DNA of 64,000 bases, from the NCBI GenBank assembly GCA_038087875.1, contig CM075996.1:10728001-10792000 (forward strand), read 5' to 3'. The notes beneath the pieces are model-generated. The model did no database searches. It was not told where the DNA came from and saw only the letters and a list, made by a program, of their open reading frames with translations. The DNA is from Malacoraja senta (taxonomy: Eukaryota). Positions 28,112 to 39,885 of this stretch are shown one piece after another. Within the stretch, counting starts at the first letter, position 1; every line of letters starts with the position of its first letter. The position numbers were made by a program, and so were the translations under genes.

Positions 28112-28225
28112 AATAAAGATGCTCCCGCATACAAAGTCATCGAACTGCGGGTGCATAAGAACTGGGGCCATCCAGAATACACATGCCTCTACCGGTTCCG
28201 TGTCCACGGAGATCCAGCGGCGTAA
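28112..28225 (+). CDS. SUN domain terminal exon (NKDAPAYKVIELRVHKNWGHPEYTCLYRFRVHGDPAA*)
   Basis: NWGHPEYTCLYRFRVHG signature; tttgtag| acceptor; TAA at 28223-28225; candidate AATAAA at 28503-28508. Confidence 0.97.
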   Translation, partial: NKDAPAYKVIELRVHKNWGHPEYTCLYRFRVHGDPAA

Positions 28226-28659
28226 TTCTGGAAGTCGGCTGCCCCGTGCTCATCCTGGCGTTCAAACTATGATTCTGGATTTTTACTGTCTTCACTGTTT
28301 TGTCACTTTATTGCACAATCCTCAACACTGCTAACAACAAAAGCCTACTCAACACTGCTAACCACTACAACCCGACCAACCTCTACCCCGTGCTCTACAA
28401 CCCTACCCTACAAATCTTGCCAATTTTTACTTTCTTTGCATCTGAAGCTTCACATCCAACCACATTTCAATATAGATCAATGTGGGCATTGTATCTGTCA
28501 GGAATAAACTGCTGTGCTGAACATGAATTGTCCCCACCTCAGATCTCCAGCAAGAATATCATGCAAGTTTGCCAGTACACCACACAAAGGCAGTATTTCA
28601 TGTTTTGATTTAACACCCATCACTTTGCTGTTATTCAAATTTATCACACTTATTTTCAA

Positions 28660-29828
28660 CTAGACCAGGTCGAACCCGTTGGGCCCATCCCCCAAAGCAA
28701 TATTCCACCAATGACCCATAGCCCCCAACTGCTCAGGTGCGGCTGAGGGATTCCTGTTGTGACACCAGAGATCTCCATTATGACGCGAGTTACGGCAACC
28801 CTCCCCATCCCTCTTCCTACCCCTATCCTCCTCCATTCCCCCTCATCCTCCAGCACTTCCCCCCCTCCACCCTCCCTCCTTTCCCCTCTCTACCTCCCTT
28901 CCCCAACTCTCTCCCTCACCTCTCCCTCCTTCTCCCTTCCCCTACACTCACTCACTCCCTCACCTCCATAACTCCTGTCCCCTTCCTACCCTCTTCCTCT
29001 CCCTCTATCTCCCTGCTCCCCCACTCCTCACACCCCCCTATCCCACTCCCACTCTCCCTCACCTCCCCCAGTCCTCCTCTCCCTCTATTTCCCACTCCCT
29101 ACCTCCCCCCTCCTCTCCCTCTACCCCCTCCCCCACTCTCCCTCCTCACCTCTCCCACTTTCCCCTCCCTCTCCCCCTCATCTCCCTATCCCCCTGCTCC
29201 CCCATTCTTCACCTCCCCTATCCCATTCCCCCCATAATGAAAATCGCCCTTTAAAAAAAAAATGAAATTTCCCCCCCTAACCCAACCCCCACAATGGAAA
29301 TCGCGATGTTTTTTGAAAATGAAACCTCCCCCCTATCCCACCCGCTCACAATGAAAAATTACGATTTTTCTTTAAAATAACTTAAACACAATGTCAGCTG
29401 TTAATGAAAACGGAAGATTTTGATTAAAACTGACTTTTTTGAAAACCGTGATTTTTTTTCATGTAAATTATATTTGGGATGCCATTGTGACGTAATTGTG
29501 AATGAAAATGGAATAATTTGATTAAAATGGATTTTATTTTGAAAATCGCGATTTAAAAAATGTAAATAAGATTCAGGATCCCATTGTGACGTCATTGTAA
29601 CACGGCTGATGGGCAGAGCAAGTGGAAAAGTGATTTTTATAAAGTTTAAAATGTCAATAACTTGTAAAATATACCAACAATCTGACCGAAACTTGGCTAT
29701 TGCACACCCCAGGACAATGGTGAGTAAGTGAGTCAAAAATTGTAGCGCTATCGTGTACCGTTTTGGTGGCGTTTCCAGGACTCACTCACACGCAAACAAA
29801 CAAGATGAGTTTTAGTGATATAGATAGA
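28660..29828 (-). mobile_element. Non-autonomous Helitron
   Basis: On the minus strand: TCTATCTATAT 5' end, subterminal hairpin and CTAG|T 3' end; low-complexity C-rich interior. Confidence 0.8.
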
Positions 29829-29855
29829 TGCTGCCATGCTTTCATCTTACAATCA

Positions 29856-31293
29856 TCTATATATATTTGTAAAACTTCCATCTTGTTTGTTTGAATATGT
29901 ATGTGATCCCGAAACTACGCTAAAACGGTACACGATTGAGCTACATTTTTGGCCCACCTTACTCACCATTGTCCTGTGATGTGCTGTGGCAAGTTTTGTT
30001 CAGATTGATGGGATATTTTCATGTTATTCACATTTTAAACTTTACAAAAAGCATAAATCACTTCCACTGGCACTGGCCGTTGGCAGCGTATGATGTCACA
30101 ATGGGATCCCGAATCTCATTTACATAAAAAATTGCTATTTAAAATAAATCCGCTTTTTCAAATTCTTCCATTTTCATTCACAATGACTTCATAATGGGAT
30201 CCCGATACTCATTTACATAAAAATCACAATTTTCATTGTGGGGGGTGGGATAGCGGGGAGGTGAGGAGTGGGGGGGAGCAGGGGGATAGAGGGAGAGGAG
30301 AGGGGTAGGGAGGGTAGAGGAGTTATGGAGGGAGGGAGGCAGTGACTGACAGTAGGGGAATGGAGAGGTGGGGGAGGAGAGGAGAGGGTGAAGAGTAGGA
30401 GGGAGTGCTGGGGGATGAGGGGAATGGAAGATAGGGGCAGGAAGAGGGAGGGTGGGAGCAGCGCCGACCCCCCCCCCCCCACGTGGGGCTGATTGATAGG
30501 CTCCGACATCCCACTCGAGGCCTGATTGGTCCTGGTCCCATGTGGGGGGAGCACTGACCCCCCCCCCCCCTCCCCCACGTGGGATCGATTGATTGGCTCC
30601 GAACTCCAGCTTGACGTTTGTTTTTTTTAATGCGATTTTCATTGTGGGGCTGGGATGTGGGGAGGTTTCATTTTAAAAAAACTTGATTTTCATTGCGGGG
30701 AGTGGGATAGGGGGGAGATGAGGAGCGGGGGATAGAGGGAGAGGAGGGCGGTAGGGAGAGGAAACTGGGAGAGGTAAGGAGGAAGAGTGGGGGAGGAGGG
30801 GGGTTGGAGAGGAGTCGGGGAGTGGGGAGTGGGGGATAGAGGGAGAGGGGGCAGTGGGGGAGGTGAGGGATATTGGGGGCATGGGATAGGGAGAGGTGAG
30901 GAGTGGGGAACCAGGGTGGTAGACGGAGTGGAGAGGGATACGGAGGGGACATGGGTTATGGAAGGAGGGAGTGACTGAGGGTAGGGGAAAGGAGAGGGAG
31001 GAAGAGATGTGGGAGGGAGTGGGGGAGGGGAGGAGGAGAGAGGAAAGAAGAGGGAGGGTGAAGAGGAGGGAGATAGGGAGTGCTGGGGGATAAGGGGGAA
31101 TGGACGAGGGTGGGGGTAGGAAGAGGGATGGCGAGACGCAGTTGGTGGAGGGTTGCCGTGACTCGCGTCACAACGGGGATCTTTGGCGTCACAACGGGAA
31201 CCCCTCAGCAGCGCCTGCGCAGTTGGGGTCTATGGGTGTGTGGTGAAATATTCTATTGTGGGAATGGGGCACATCGGGTCCCACTTGGTCTAG
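29856..31293 (+). mobile_element. Non-autonomous Helitron, same family, opposite orientation
   Basis: A|TCTATATAT start, ...CACTTGGTCTAG|T end; ends homologous to 28660-29828; G-rich interior. Confidence 0.8.
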
Positions 31294-33404
31294 TCCAGGG
31301 GTTCCCAATCTTTTTCGTCCCGTTTACCCAGGGCAACTTTTCAAAAGTAAATTTGCCCCACCCTCAAAGTTCACATTTATTTGTCCCTATTTTGTTTGTG
31401 TTTGATACACGGTTTGATTCAGTAATTTGACCGTCTTAAATATAAAATCCTGTATCAGCTCGTGATTGGAATTTGTGGTTGGAAATTTAATTTTGTTCCC
31501 CTTCCCCATACTTTTTTTATTTCCTAAAACTATATTAGTGTTTGATTCCTGATGATGTGCAGAAGTACCAGTATTTGTTTATTCAGGAAAAAATGAGTTT
31601 GCCCCTTTACCATTGTTTACCATCAAAATTAAATATAGTTTGTATATATTTACATTATTAGTTCTTCAATGACTTAACTGCTTGATCAATGTTTTTTTTT
31701 CTATAACTTTAAAAAATTCTGGAATTTTTAATATTTTTATGCTTCTCTTTTAAATTACCAATGTTTTGTTTGCACTGCCGAAAATTAAAGTTTCAATTTC
31801 ATTGAAAAGGTCTGATGCATTTTTTAAATATTTAAGAATGAACAAAAATCAATAGCAGGATGTCAGTGTATCCAAATAAGCTTGTCCAAGTTATTTTAAA
31901 TATTTTGAAGGCTAAAAGTCAGTTTCAACACTTAGTTTTTCCAAAGGCTGACTACGTACATTGAGAGGTAGATTTCTGTGGGTGGTTGGGCAGACAACTG
32001 CCAGCGTGTGGCCTCTGCTATAAAATGGTGATCTTTCGTGACCCATGCCTCATTAGCATGAACTCAAACGCCCAGCACAACACCGGCTCACCATTGTAAC
32101 AATCAGCCAGGCCGGATAATGTCAGATTAAACTGTACTTTATAAATTAAAGATTTTAATGTTTATCACACTTCTTATTTCCCTCTTAGCAACCACATCAT
32201 CATCTGTTGTAAAGAGTGTCACAAAATTAACCTTATCCATTTCCTCTTGCCTTCACACAACCTTTTAGGATCACAGTGGCACTCAGTTCTGAGATTCTCT
32301 TGCTCTGTATGTAAATAAAACATCTTTGAATTTATTTGCCAAATATTTCACATCCTCTTTTGGGTGCTGTAATTTTTATTTTCATTTGACTCCTTGTCAG
32401 GAAACTGTTATGCTTTAACCTGCTCTCTTCACCTCATCAGAGCTTGAACTTTGGCAATCCCACATATTTTATTTGAAGAAATATGATTATCCTGACCTTT
32501 TAATCTAATCCCTGGCAATAAAATATCCCTCCTCGACAACCTCAATTGATTTGTTTCAATGAATGATGTCACCTCAATAGTTCAATAGTGCTTTATTTGT
32601 CACACATGCAACTGCACAGTGAAATTCTTTTTGCAGGCGTTGACATTATTCAAACTCTGATCGGCCCCGCTCGCTCGATGTACTGGAGCAGTTCCAGCGA
32701 ACCAACGTCCCCTTCTCCTTGCCCAGCCATCTTTGTATTCCGGAAGCGCCTCCTGCACCCTATCTTGAAGGCCTTGGAGGCAATGCCCCGGTTCACCCCT
32801 CCTTCTGGCCCACTCCTAGTGCCCGACATCTCCAGCTCCCTCATGGTTCCACCGTCTGCCAGGTCTTTGAGTGGGCCCATATGATCCTTATGGCTGGTTC
32901 CTGGTCCCGTCGAGCCTTCAGGTGAGGTCCCGCCAACCAATGAACCTTCTGGCGGGCACCACGACCTACCCCAATAGCCTTGGTTGCACCTATGTCCACA
33001 GACATCATAGAAGGCGTCAGCTGGGCCTCCCTGAGTGTGAACCCACATAAAGTGATTGGCTGAGATAGAGTTCCTGGCCATGTCCTCGGAACCTGTGTGG
33101 ACCAGCAGGAGTAAGCACGGACATTTGTGAACTCTTTCTACGCCAATGTGTGTTCTCATCTGCTTTTAGAAAACCATTAACATCCTGATGTCAAAGAGAA
33201 ACAAGGCATTCCTTAATGATTCATGGGTCTGACAAACACTATCATGAAGTGCTTTGATAGGTTGGTCATATCTTACGTTAACTACAGCCTGCCAAACAGC
33301 CTAGATCCATTGCAATTTGTCCTACTGCTGCAACAGGTTCAAGGTAGACGCCATCATCTTGGCCCCACAGTCCCTGGAAAACAGGGAGATGTATTGGCAG
33401 ACTC

Positions 33405-34170
33405 ATTTATTTACCTCTGACTCCCTCAGTGATTTAGACTACACTTCCTCCCACCCTGCCACTTGCAAAGGCACCATCCCTTACTCTCAATTTCTCAGTT
33501 TCCACCACATTTGTTCCCAAGATGAGGCTTTCCATTCTCAGACATCTTTCTTTAGTAAACGTGGTTTCTCCGTTGCTGTCTTGGATGGCTACCAGCTGCA
33601 TCTCATCTGTGTCCCGTAGTTCTGTTCTGGCTCCACCTCCCTCCAGACGGAACAAGAATAGTGTTCCCTTGGTCCTCGTCCTTCAACACATGGTTCTGAC
33701 ATTTCCGTAACTTCTAATGTGATCCCACCACCATTCACATCTTCCCATCCTCGCTCCTTTCCGCAGAGACTGCACTCTTTCATCCCTTCCCAAGCAAAAC
33801 AGACCATCCTCAGGTAATTTCTCCAGCAACTGCAGGAGATGTAATAACTGTCCCTATTCCTCCTCCCACGCATCTGTCCAAGGACCCCAGCAGTCCTCCA
33901 GGTGAAACAGGTTCAAGTACACTTGTAACCTCATTTGCATTTGGTGTTCACAAAGTCGTCTCCTGTACATCGGCGAGATCAAGTGTAGACTAGGCAACCG
34001 TTTCACCGAACACTTGCATTCTGTCTACCAAGGCTGATTATTGGCCATTTTAACCCCACTTCTCATACTGACCACCTGCCCTAGGCTACCTCCATTGCCA
34101 GGATGATGCCTCACACTAACTGGAGGAACAGTACCACTTATTCTGCGTAGGTAGCTTACAACCTAATTAA
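33405..34170 (+). mobile_element. Degenerate Penelope-like element (RT C-terminus + GIY-YIG) inside an old Rex1 fragment
   Basis: LDYTSSHPATCK..IPYSQFL...ICSQDEAFHS; LLYIGE.K.RLG.RF.EHL. Confidence 0.8.
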
Positions 34171-34664
34171 CTAAATTCTTCCTTCCCCTTCCGTGTGCCC
34201 CATTTATTTCCCCATTTATTGATTCAACACCATGATTTCAAGCAAAATCTTGGACGTAGGACTCAGCACGTTTGCAACTGGATCCTTGACTTCCTAATCC
34301 ATAGACCACAGTCAGTAAGGAGCAAATCTTCCTCTGTGCAAATTCAGACCCTTAATTCAGTCCCCGTGCACTCATGACTGTGGCTAAATTCGGCTCTAAC
34401 TCTATTTCTAAGTTTACAGATGACACCACTACTCGATCTGAAATTATGAGGAGGCAGAGTTTAGTGGTGTGGTAGACATCAACCACTCCCTCCACGTCAA
34501 GAAAACAAAAGAGTTGGTCATCAACTTCAGGAAGCCTTGTGGAGCACTGTATCAATTGTGCTGAAGTGGAGATGATTGAGAGCTTCAAATCCCAGCATGT
34601 GAATATCATGAACAATTTGTACTCGTCTAACCACTGCTCTACTTCCTCAAAAAATGAAGGAAAT

Positions 34665-35920
34665 GGTGTGAGGTGCTCTCGGGGCTGCTGTACTTGGCGC
34701 AAGTGTGGCCTGTCCCTCCCTCCTACGCCACAGGGATCACCGGGCCGTCGTCCAGTTCATCTGGGGGTCGAGGATAGACCGGGTGCTACGGGCCACAATG
34801 CACAAGTCAGCAAACAACCGGGGTAAAAGCGTGCCCAACGTCGCCCTCGCCCTGATGGCTACCTTTGTGTGTGGCTGCATCAGGCGGAGTGTAGAGCCAA
34901 GGCACGTGGGCACCAAGTGTCACTACCTGCTGAGGTTCTATCTGTCCCCGGTGTTGCGAAGGATGGGCCTGGCGCAGATGCCACACAATGTGCCAGTCAG
35001 CTGGACATTGCCGCCCCATCTGTCGTTTGTGGAAAGGTGCTTCCGGACCAACACCTTTGACCACATGTCCATTGGGCAGTGGTCAGCATGGAATGTCCTG
35101 CAGGCACTGCAGGGAAAGGACTCGATGGATCCAGTGGCGTGGTTCCCAGAGCAGACTGCCCAGCTTGTCTGGCAAAATGCCTCATCGCCAGAACTCACCA
35201 ACAAGCACCAAGACCTGGCTTGGCTGGCGGTGAGGGGAGCCCTCCCAGTCAGATCCTTCCTGCACCGTCGGAACCTCACTACCAGCGCACGCTGCCCACG
35301 GCTGCTATGGAGAGGAGACGGTCGCCCACCTCTTCGCTGAGTGTGGATTTGCAAAAAGAGTCTGGAGAAGTATGCAAGGGTCCCTGGAACGCTTTATCCC
35401 GAACAGCTCCATCACAGAGGACTATGTGATTTACGGACTGTTCCCAGGGACACATTCAGAGACTGACATCGAGTGCTGCTGGAAGGTCATCAACTGGGTG
35501 AAAGACGCTCTTTGGTCTGCCCGAGCATTGTTCACCCAGCAGAGCGAGATGTCCGTCAGGGAATGTTGCCGACTGGCCCGCTGCAGACTGCAGGAGTACG
35601 TGCTGAGGGACGCACTGAAGCTCGGTGCAGCCAACGCCAAGGCTCGGTGGGGGAGGACCACAGTCTAGGGTCCTCCCGGTGCTGGACATGGGGGGCACGG
35701 TATGGTGGAGACGTCCCTCAAAATAAGGGAAGGTATCCCATGCCAGGGGGCCACATGAGTGGCAAGGGTGGGGGACAGATTTGTGAAATTTGAGAAATGT
35801 ATAGACTATTGAACTATTTGTATAGCCTCCGAAAATGTCGGATGAATTTTTCGCACGGTTCACGTATTGTATATATTTATTACTTGAATAAAGTCTATTT
35901 TGAAATAAAAAAATTAAAAA
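34665..35920 (+). mobile_element. Tx1-clade LINE, 3' part
   Basis: LLYLAQVWP..FIWGS..VPNV, zinc-knuckle region, stop at 35668, AATAAA 35887-35892, A-rich tail. Confidence 0.85.
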
Positions 35921-36069
35921 GAGTGCTGGGACAAGTGCGTGGAGAAGCCGGGCTCCAGGCTCAACTCGCGGACTGAGAGCTGCTTGGTCAGCTGCGTGGA
36001 TCACTTCGTGGACACCACGCTGGCGCTCACCAACCGCTTCGCCGCAGATGGTGCAGAAGGGAGGCCACA
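35921..36069 (+). pseudogene. TIMM8B: 5'-truncated TIMM8B-like pseudogene (CWDKCVEKPGSRLNSRTESCLVSCVDHFVDTTLALTNRFA/QMVQKGGH)
   Basis: Twin CX3C small-Tim motif closely matching vertebrate TIMM8B; no start, +1 frameshift near the C-terminus; UTR-like DNA to AATAAA at 36479-36484. Confidence 0.9.
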
Positions 36070-37396
36070 TCGCTCAGTATAAACCCATCGGCTGCCTTGT
36101 TCTCCACCTTAACTTCAATTGAAGGTGTCCCCAAGGTCATTGCACCAACTCCTCTGTGTTCTGCACATCTTCAGCGGGACTTACTCATCAATGGAAACCG
36201 ATTCAAACCCAGGAATTTGTGTACTGCCGTTGCAACGCTGATCCGTACAAGACTAAAGTTGCGGCCCGGGTGGATGGATGAAGGCCTCAGGACACCAACC
36301 CTCAATGTGGGGCATGGGAATCTGCCGCAGACCGAGTGGTGACGTGAACATGTGCGCTGCGTTATTACCCTGAAGCTGCCCTGCTCCCCACAGGAACGAG
36401 ACATGTGGCTATATTTGTCCACCAGGAAATAACTATCAGTTTTACCAAGTTTGTATGAGTTGTCTCTGCTGCCCCAGTAATAAACATTATGCAGTTACAG
36501 GAACTGCAGTTCTTGGTTTACAAAGTCACCAAAGTACAGGAGTAACTCAGCGGGTCAGGCAACATCCTGGAGTACATGGATAGGAGACGTTTCTGGTGGG
36601 GACCCGTCTTCAGACTAATTGTAGTGGGGGTGAAAAACCTGGGGGAAAGTTTGGGGTGAGATAAAGCCTGGCAGATGATAGATGGATAACAGGTGAGAGG
36701 GGGTGGGAATAATTGGCAGATGGGTGGAATAAGGCCAGAGATGAGAGGCATAGATAGGGTAGGTAGTCATGTCTTTTTTTCCCCATTTGGAAAAAAAAAT
36801 CTAATACAAGAGGGCATAGCTTTGTGAGAGGAACAAAGTTTTAAAATGTGCAAGGCAAGTTTTTTACACGGAGGGTCGCGAGTGTCTAGAACGTGCTGCT
36901 GGGGATTTAAAAGACTTTTCGATCGAACCATTTGCAGTGTATAAATACCTGATAAGGAATAACGTTTTGTTTTTACTTTTAAAAAAATGATATGGGAATA
37001 ACGTTTAGTGCAAGATAGAGCCTGCAAAGTCTGATCGAGGATAGTCCAAGGGACACCAAAGAGGTAGGTAGTAGTTCAACACTACTCTCTGGTTGTAGTT
37101 GGATGATTCAGTTGCCTGATAACAGCTGGGAAGAAACTGCCCGTGAATCTGGAGGTGTGTGTTTTCATGATTTGCCAGATTAGGTTAGGTGCAGGAGTAA
37201 GTCAGTGGGTCAAGCTGCATCGCTGGAGGACATGAATAGGTGATGTTTTGGGTGGAGACTGCCTCAGACTAATTGTAGTTGGGGGAGAAAGCTGCAAAGA
37301 GGTGGTTTGGACAAAGTCTAGCAAATGTTAGGTGGATACGAGTGAGGAGGAGGTTGATTGGCAAATGGGTGGACCAAGACAGATGAGAGGCATAAA

Positions 37397-38335
37397 TGGG
37401 GTGCTGCAAGGCTCTGTGCTGGTACCCCAGTTATTTACAGTATACATGAACAATTTAGAGAAAGGAATTAAATGTAACATCTCCAAGTTTGTGGACGACA
37501 CAAAACTGGGTGGCAGTGTGAGCTGCAAGGAGGATGCTTTGAGGCTGCAGGGTTACTTGGATAGGGTGGGTGGGCAGATGCACTATAATGTGGATAAATG
37601 TGAGGTTATCCACTTTGGTAGCAAGAACAGGAAGGCAGAGTATTATTTAAATGGTGTCAGTTTTGGAAAAGGGGAGGTACAACAAGACCAGTCACTGAAA
37701 GTAAGCATACAGGTACAGCAGGCAGTTAAGAAAGCAAATGGCATGTTTGGCCTTCATAGCGAGAGGATGCGAGTATAGGAGCAAGGAGGTCCTACTGCAG
37801 TTGAACAGGGCCCTGGTGAGACCACACCTGGAATATTGTGTGCAGCTTTGGTCTCCTAATTTGAGTAAATACAATCTTGCTATTAAGGGAGTGCAGTGTA
37901 GATTCACCAGGTTATTCCCTGGGATAGCAGGACTGACATATGATGAAAGAATGGATCATATTACATTCTTAAGGGATTGGACAGGCTAGATGCAGGAAAA
38001 TTGTTCCTGATTTTGGGAGAGTCCAGAACTAGGGGTCGGTTTAAGAATAAGGGGTAGGGCATTTAGGACTGGGATGGGGAGAAACTTTTTCAGCCAGAGA
38101 GTTGTGAATCTGTGGAATTCTCTGCTACGGAGACAGTGGAGGCCAAGTCACTAGATTTATTCAAGAGAGAGTTAGATATAGATCTTGGGGCTAACATAAT
38201 CAAGGGATGTGGGGGGGGGGGGGGGGGGGAGAGGAACAGGATACTGATTCTGGATGATCAGCCATGATCATATTGATGAGTGCTGGCTCGCACGGCCAAA
38301 TGTCCTACTCCTGCACCTATTTCTGTTTCTATGAA
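37397..38335 (+). mobile_element. CR1 LINE 3' fragment
   Basis: GVLQGSVL, KFVDDTKL, RPHLEYCVQ; CR1 tail. Confidence 0.9.
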
Positions 38336-38629
38336 AATGCTGCCAGGGGTTGATGGTTAGGGATGTACGATAGTGGCATTTAGGAGACATTTGGATAGAC
38401 ATGAGGATGTGCAGGGAATGGAGGGGAAACGGATTATGTGCAGACAGACAAGGTAAAGGAGGGCATCAAGCACTGAAGAGAGGTTAAAAAAGGGGAGTAT
38501 AGTTTAGTTTGTTGATACTGCGTAGAAACTGGTCCTCCGGCCCACTGAGTCCGCACTGACTAGCGATCCCTGTACACTAGGACAATTTACAATCTTTACT
38601 GAAGCCAATTCACCTACAAACTTGTACGT

Positions 38630-39060
38630 ACCTGCAACTGCGTGCAACTGCGCGCACCCTTTCGCATCCTGCCTGCCCTTCCGCTTCCGAGCCAGCCTGG
38701 GGACCTAGAAAGGCCTCCCTCGCCGGCCCCTCGCCAGCTCCGCCGCTGTTTGGTGCCGTTTCTCCCCCCGACCCGCACGCTGCTCTCCCCCCCCCCCCCC
38801 CCCCCAATTTTCCTCAAACTTTGCAAGGCTGGCTGCCGCAGCAGGAAGGGAGGGAGGAGAGAGGAAGGAAGGCAGGCTGCACCGACCACTTCTCTGTCAC
38901 GCCGAGCCCACTCGGCTGCGAGAGAGCGACGACGTTTCTTGCGGCCCTGTTTCTCGAGCGGCGGAGGGTTAGGGCCCACCTTGCGCGTAAGCGTGGGAGC
39001 AGGCCACTCGGCCCCCGTTCCGCCCTTTGTCAAGAGCGCGCCCACCTGCCCACTGTAAGG
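38630..39060 (-). promoter_or_regulatory. Second copy of the U2 5' flank (CpG-rich), lacking the U2 coding sequence
   Basis: 38630-38769 repeats 42155-42276, the sequence immediately upstream of U2, then continues as GC/CpG-rich DNA. Confidence 0.8.
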
Positions 39061-39885
39061 TCCATGTAGAGAAACTGTCAAAGACTCAGCCATTCCATCA
39101 TGGCTGATCTATCCCGTACTAATCGAGAATCAATCTATCTATACCTGCCTTAAAAATATCCATCGACTTCTGCGGCAAAGAATTCCACAGTTTCACCGTC
39201 CTCTGTCTAAAGAAATTCCTCCTCATCTCCTTCCTGAATGAACGTCCTTTAATTCGGAGGTTATGGCCTCTCGTCCTAGGCTTTCCCACTAGTGGAAACA
39301 TCCTCTCCACATCCACTCTATCCAAACCTTTCACTATTCGCTAAGTTGCAATTGAGATCTACCCCTCGTCCTTCTAAACTCCAGAGAGTACAGGCCCAGT
39401 GCCGTCAAACATTCCTCAGAGAAGAAAACGATCTGTTAACTGTCATTGTTAAGCGCTTGTTAAATGTCACTATTATCACCATATTAACACGGGTGTGGAG
39501 GAGAGAGATGAGGGCGGGCTGTTGCCTTTTGACCTCAAATTGGAGAATCCAATGCTCACACCACCGTTGGGTTGGGGTGGGTCCTGATCGCAAGGGGCGA
39601 GCACAAATTGAAGGGTTTCAAAAGAGTGAACCCCTGTGAGGTGAGGCCTGCCTGCCTGCCTGCGTCTCACAAATACAGGCAAGGCAGCCTCTCCAAGGGG
39701 AAGCACAGCCACTGAGCCATGTAATTACACAGAGGAAAAAAAGCAAACAAACAAAAGGTGTGAACGGCTCCGTCTCATCTCCTTCAGCTGCAAATTCTGG
39801 CAAACACAACACCCCACCGTGGCTTTCAGAATTCCTTGCGACTCAAAGGACGGTTTTCTCTCGCTGCCCCCGCAACATAAATGCA

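Noticed and set aside
28737..31192. Pro/Ser- and Gly-rich ORFs
   Set aside because: Translations of Helitron low-complexity interiors.
31296..32060. Complete hAT/Charlie element starting CAGGGGTTCCCAA
   Set aside because: Only one terminus is recognisable; no matching TIR or TSD.
32650..33159. 169-aa minus-strand ORF
   Set aside because: Half is antisense Rex1 sequence; the rest has no recognisable motif.
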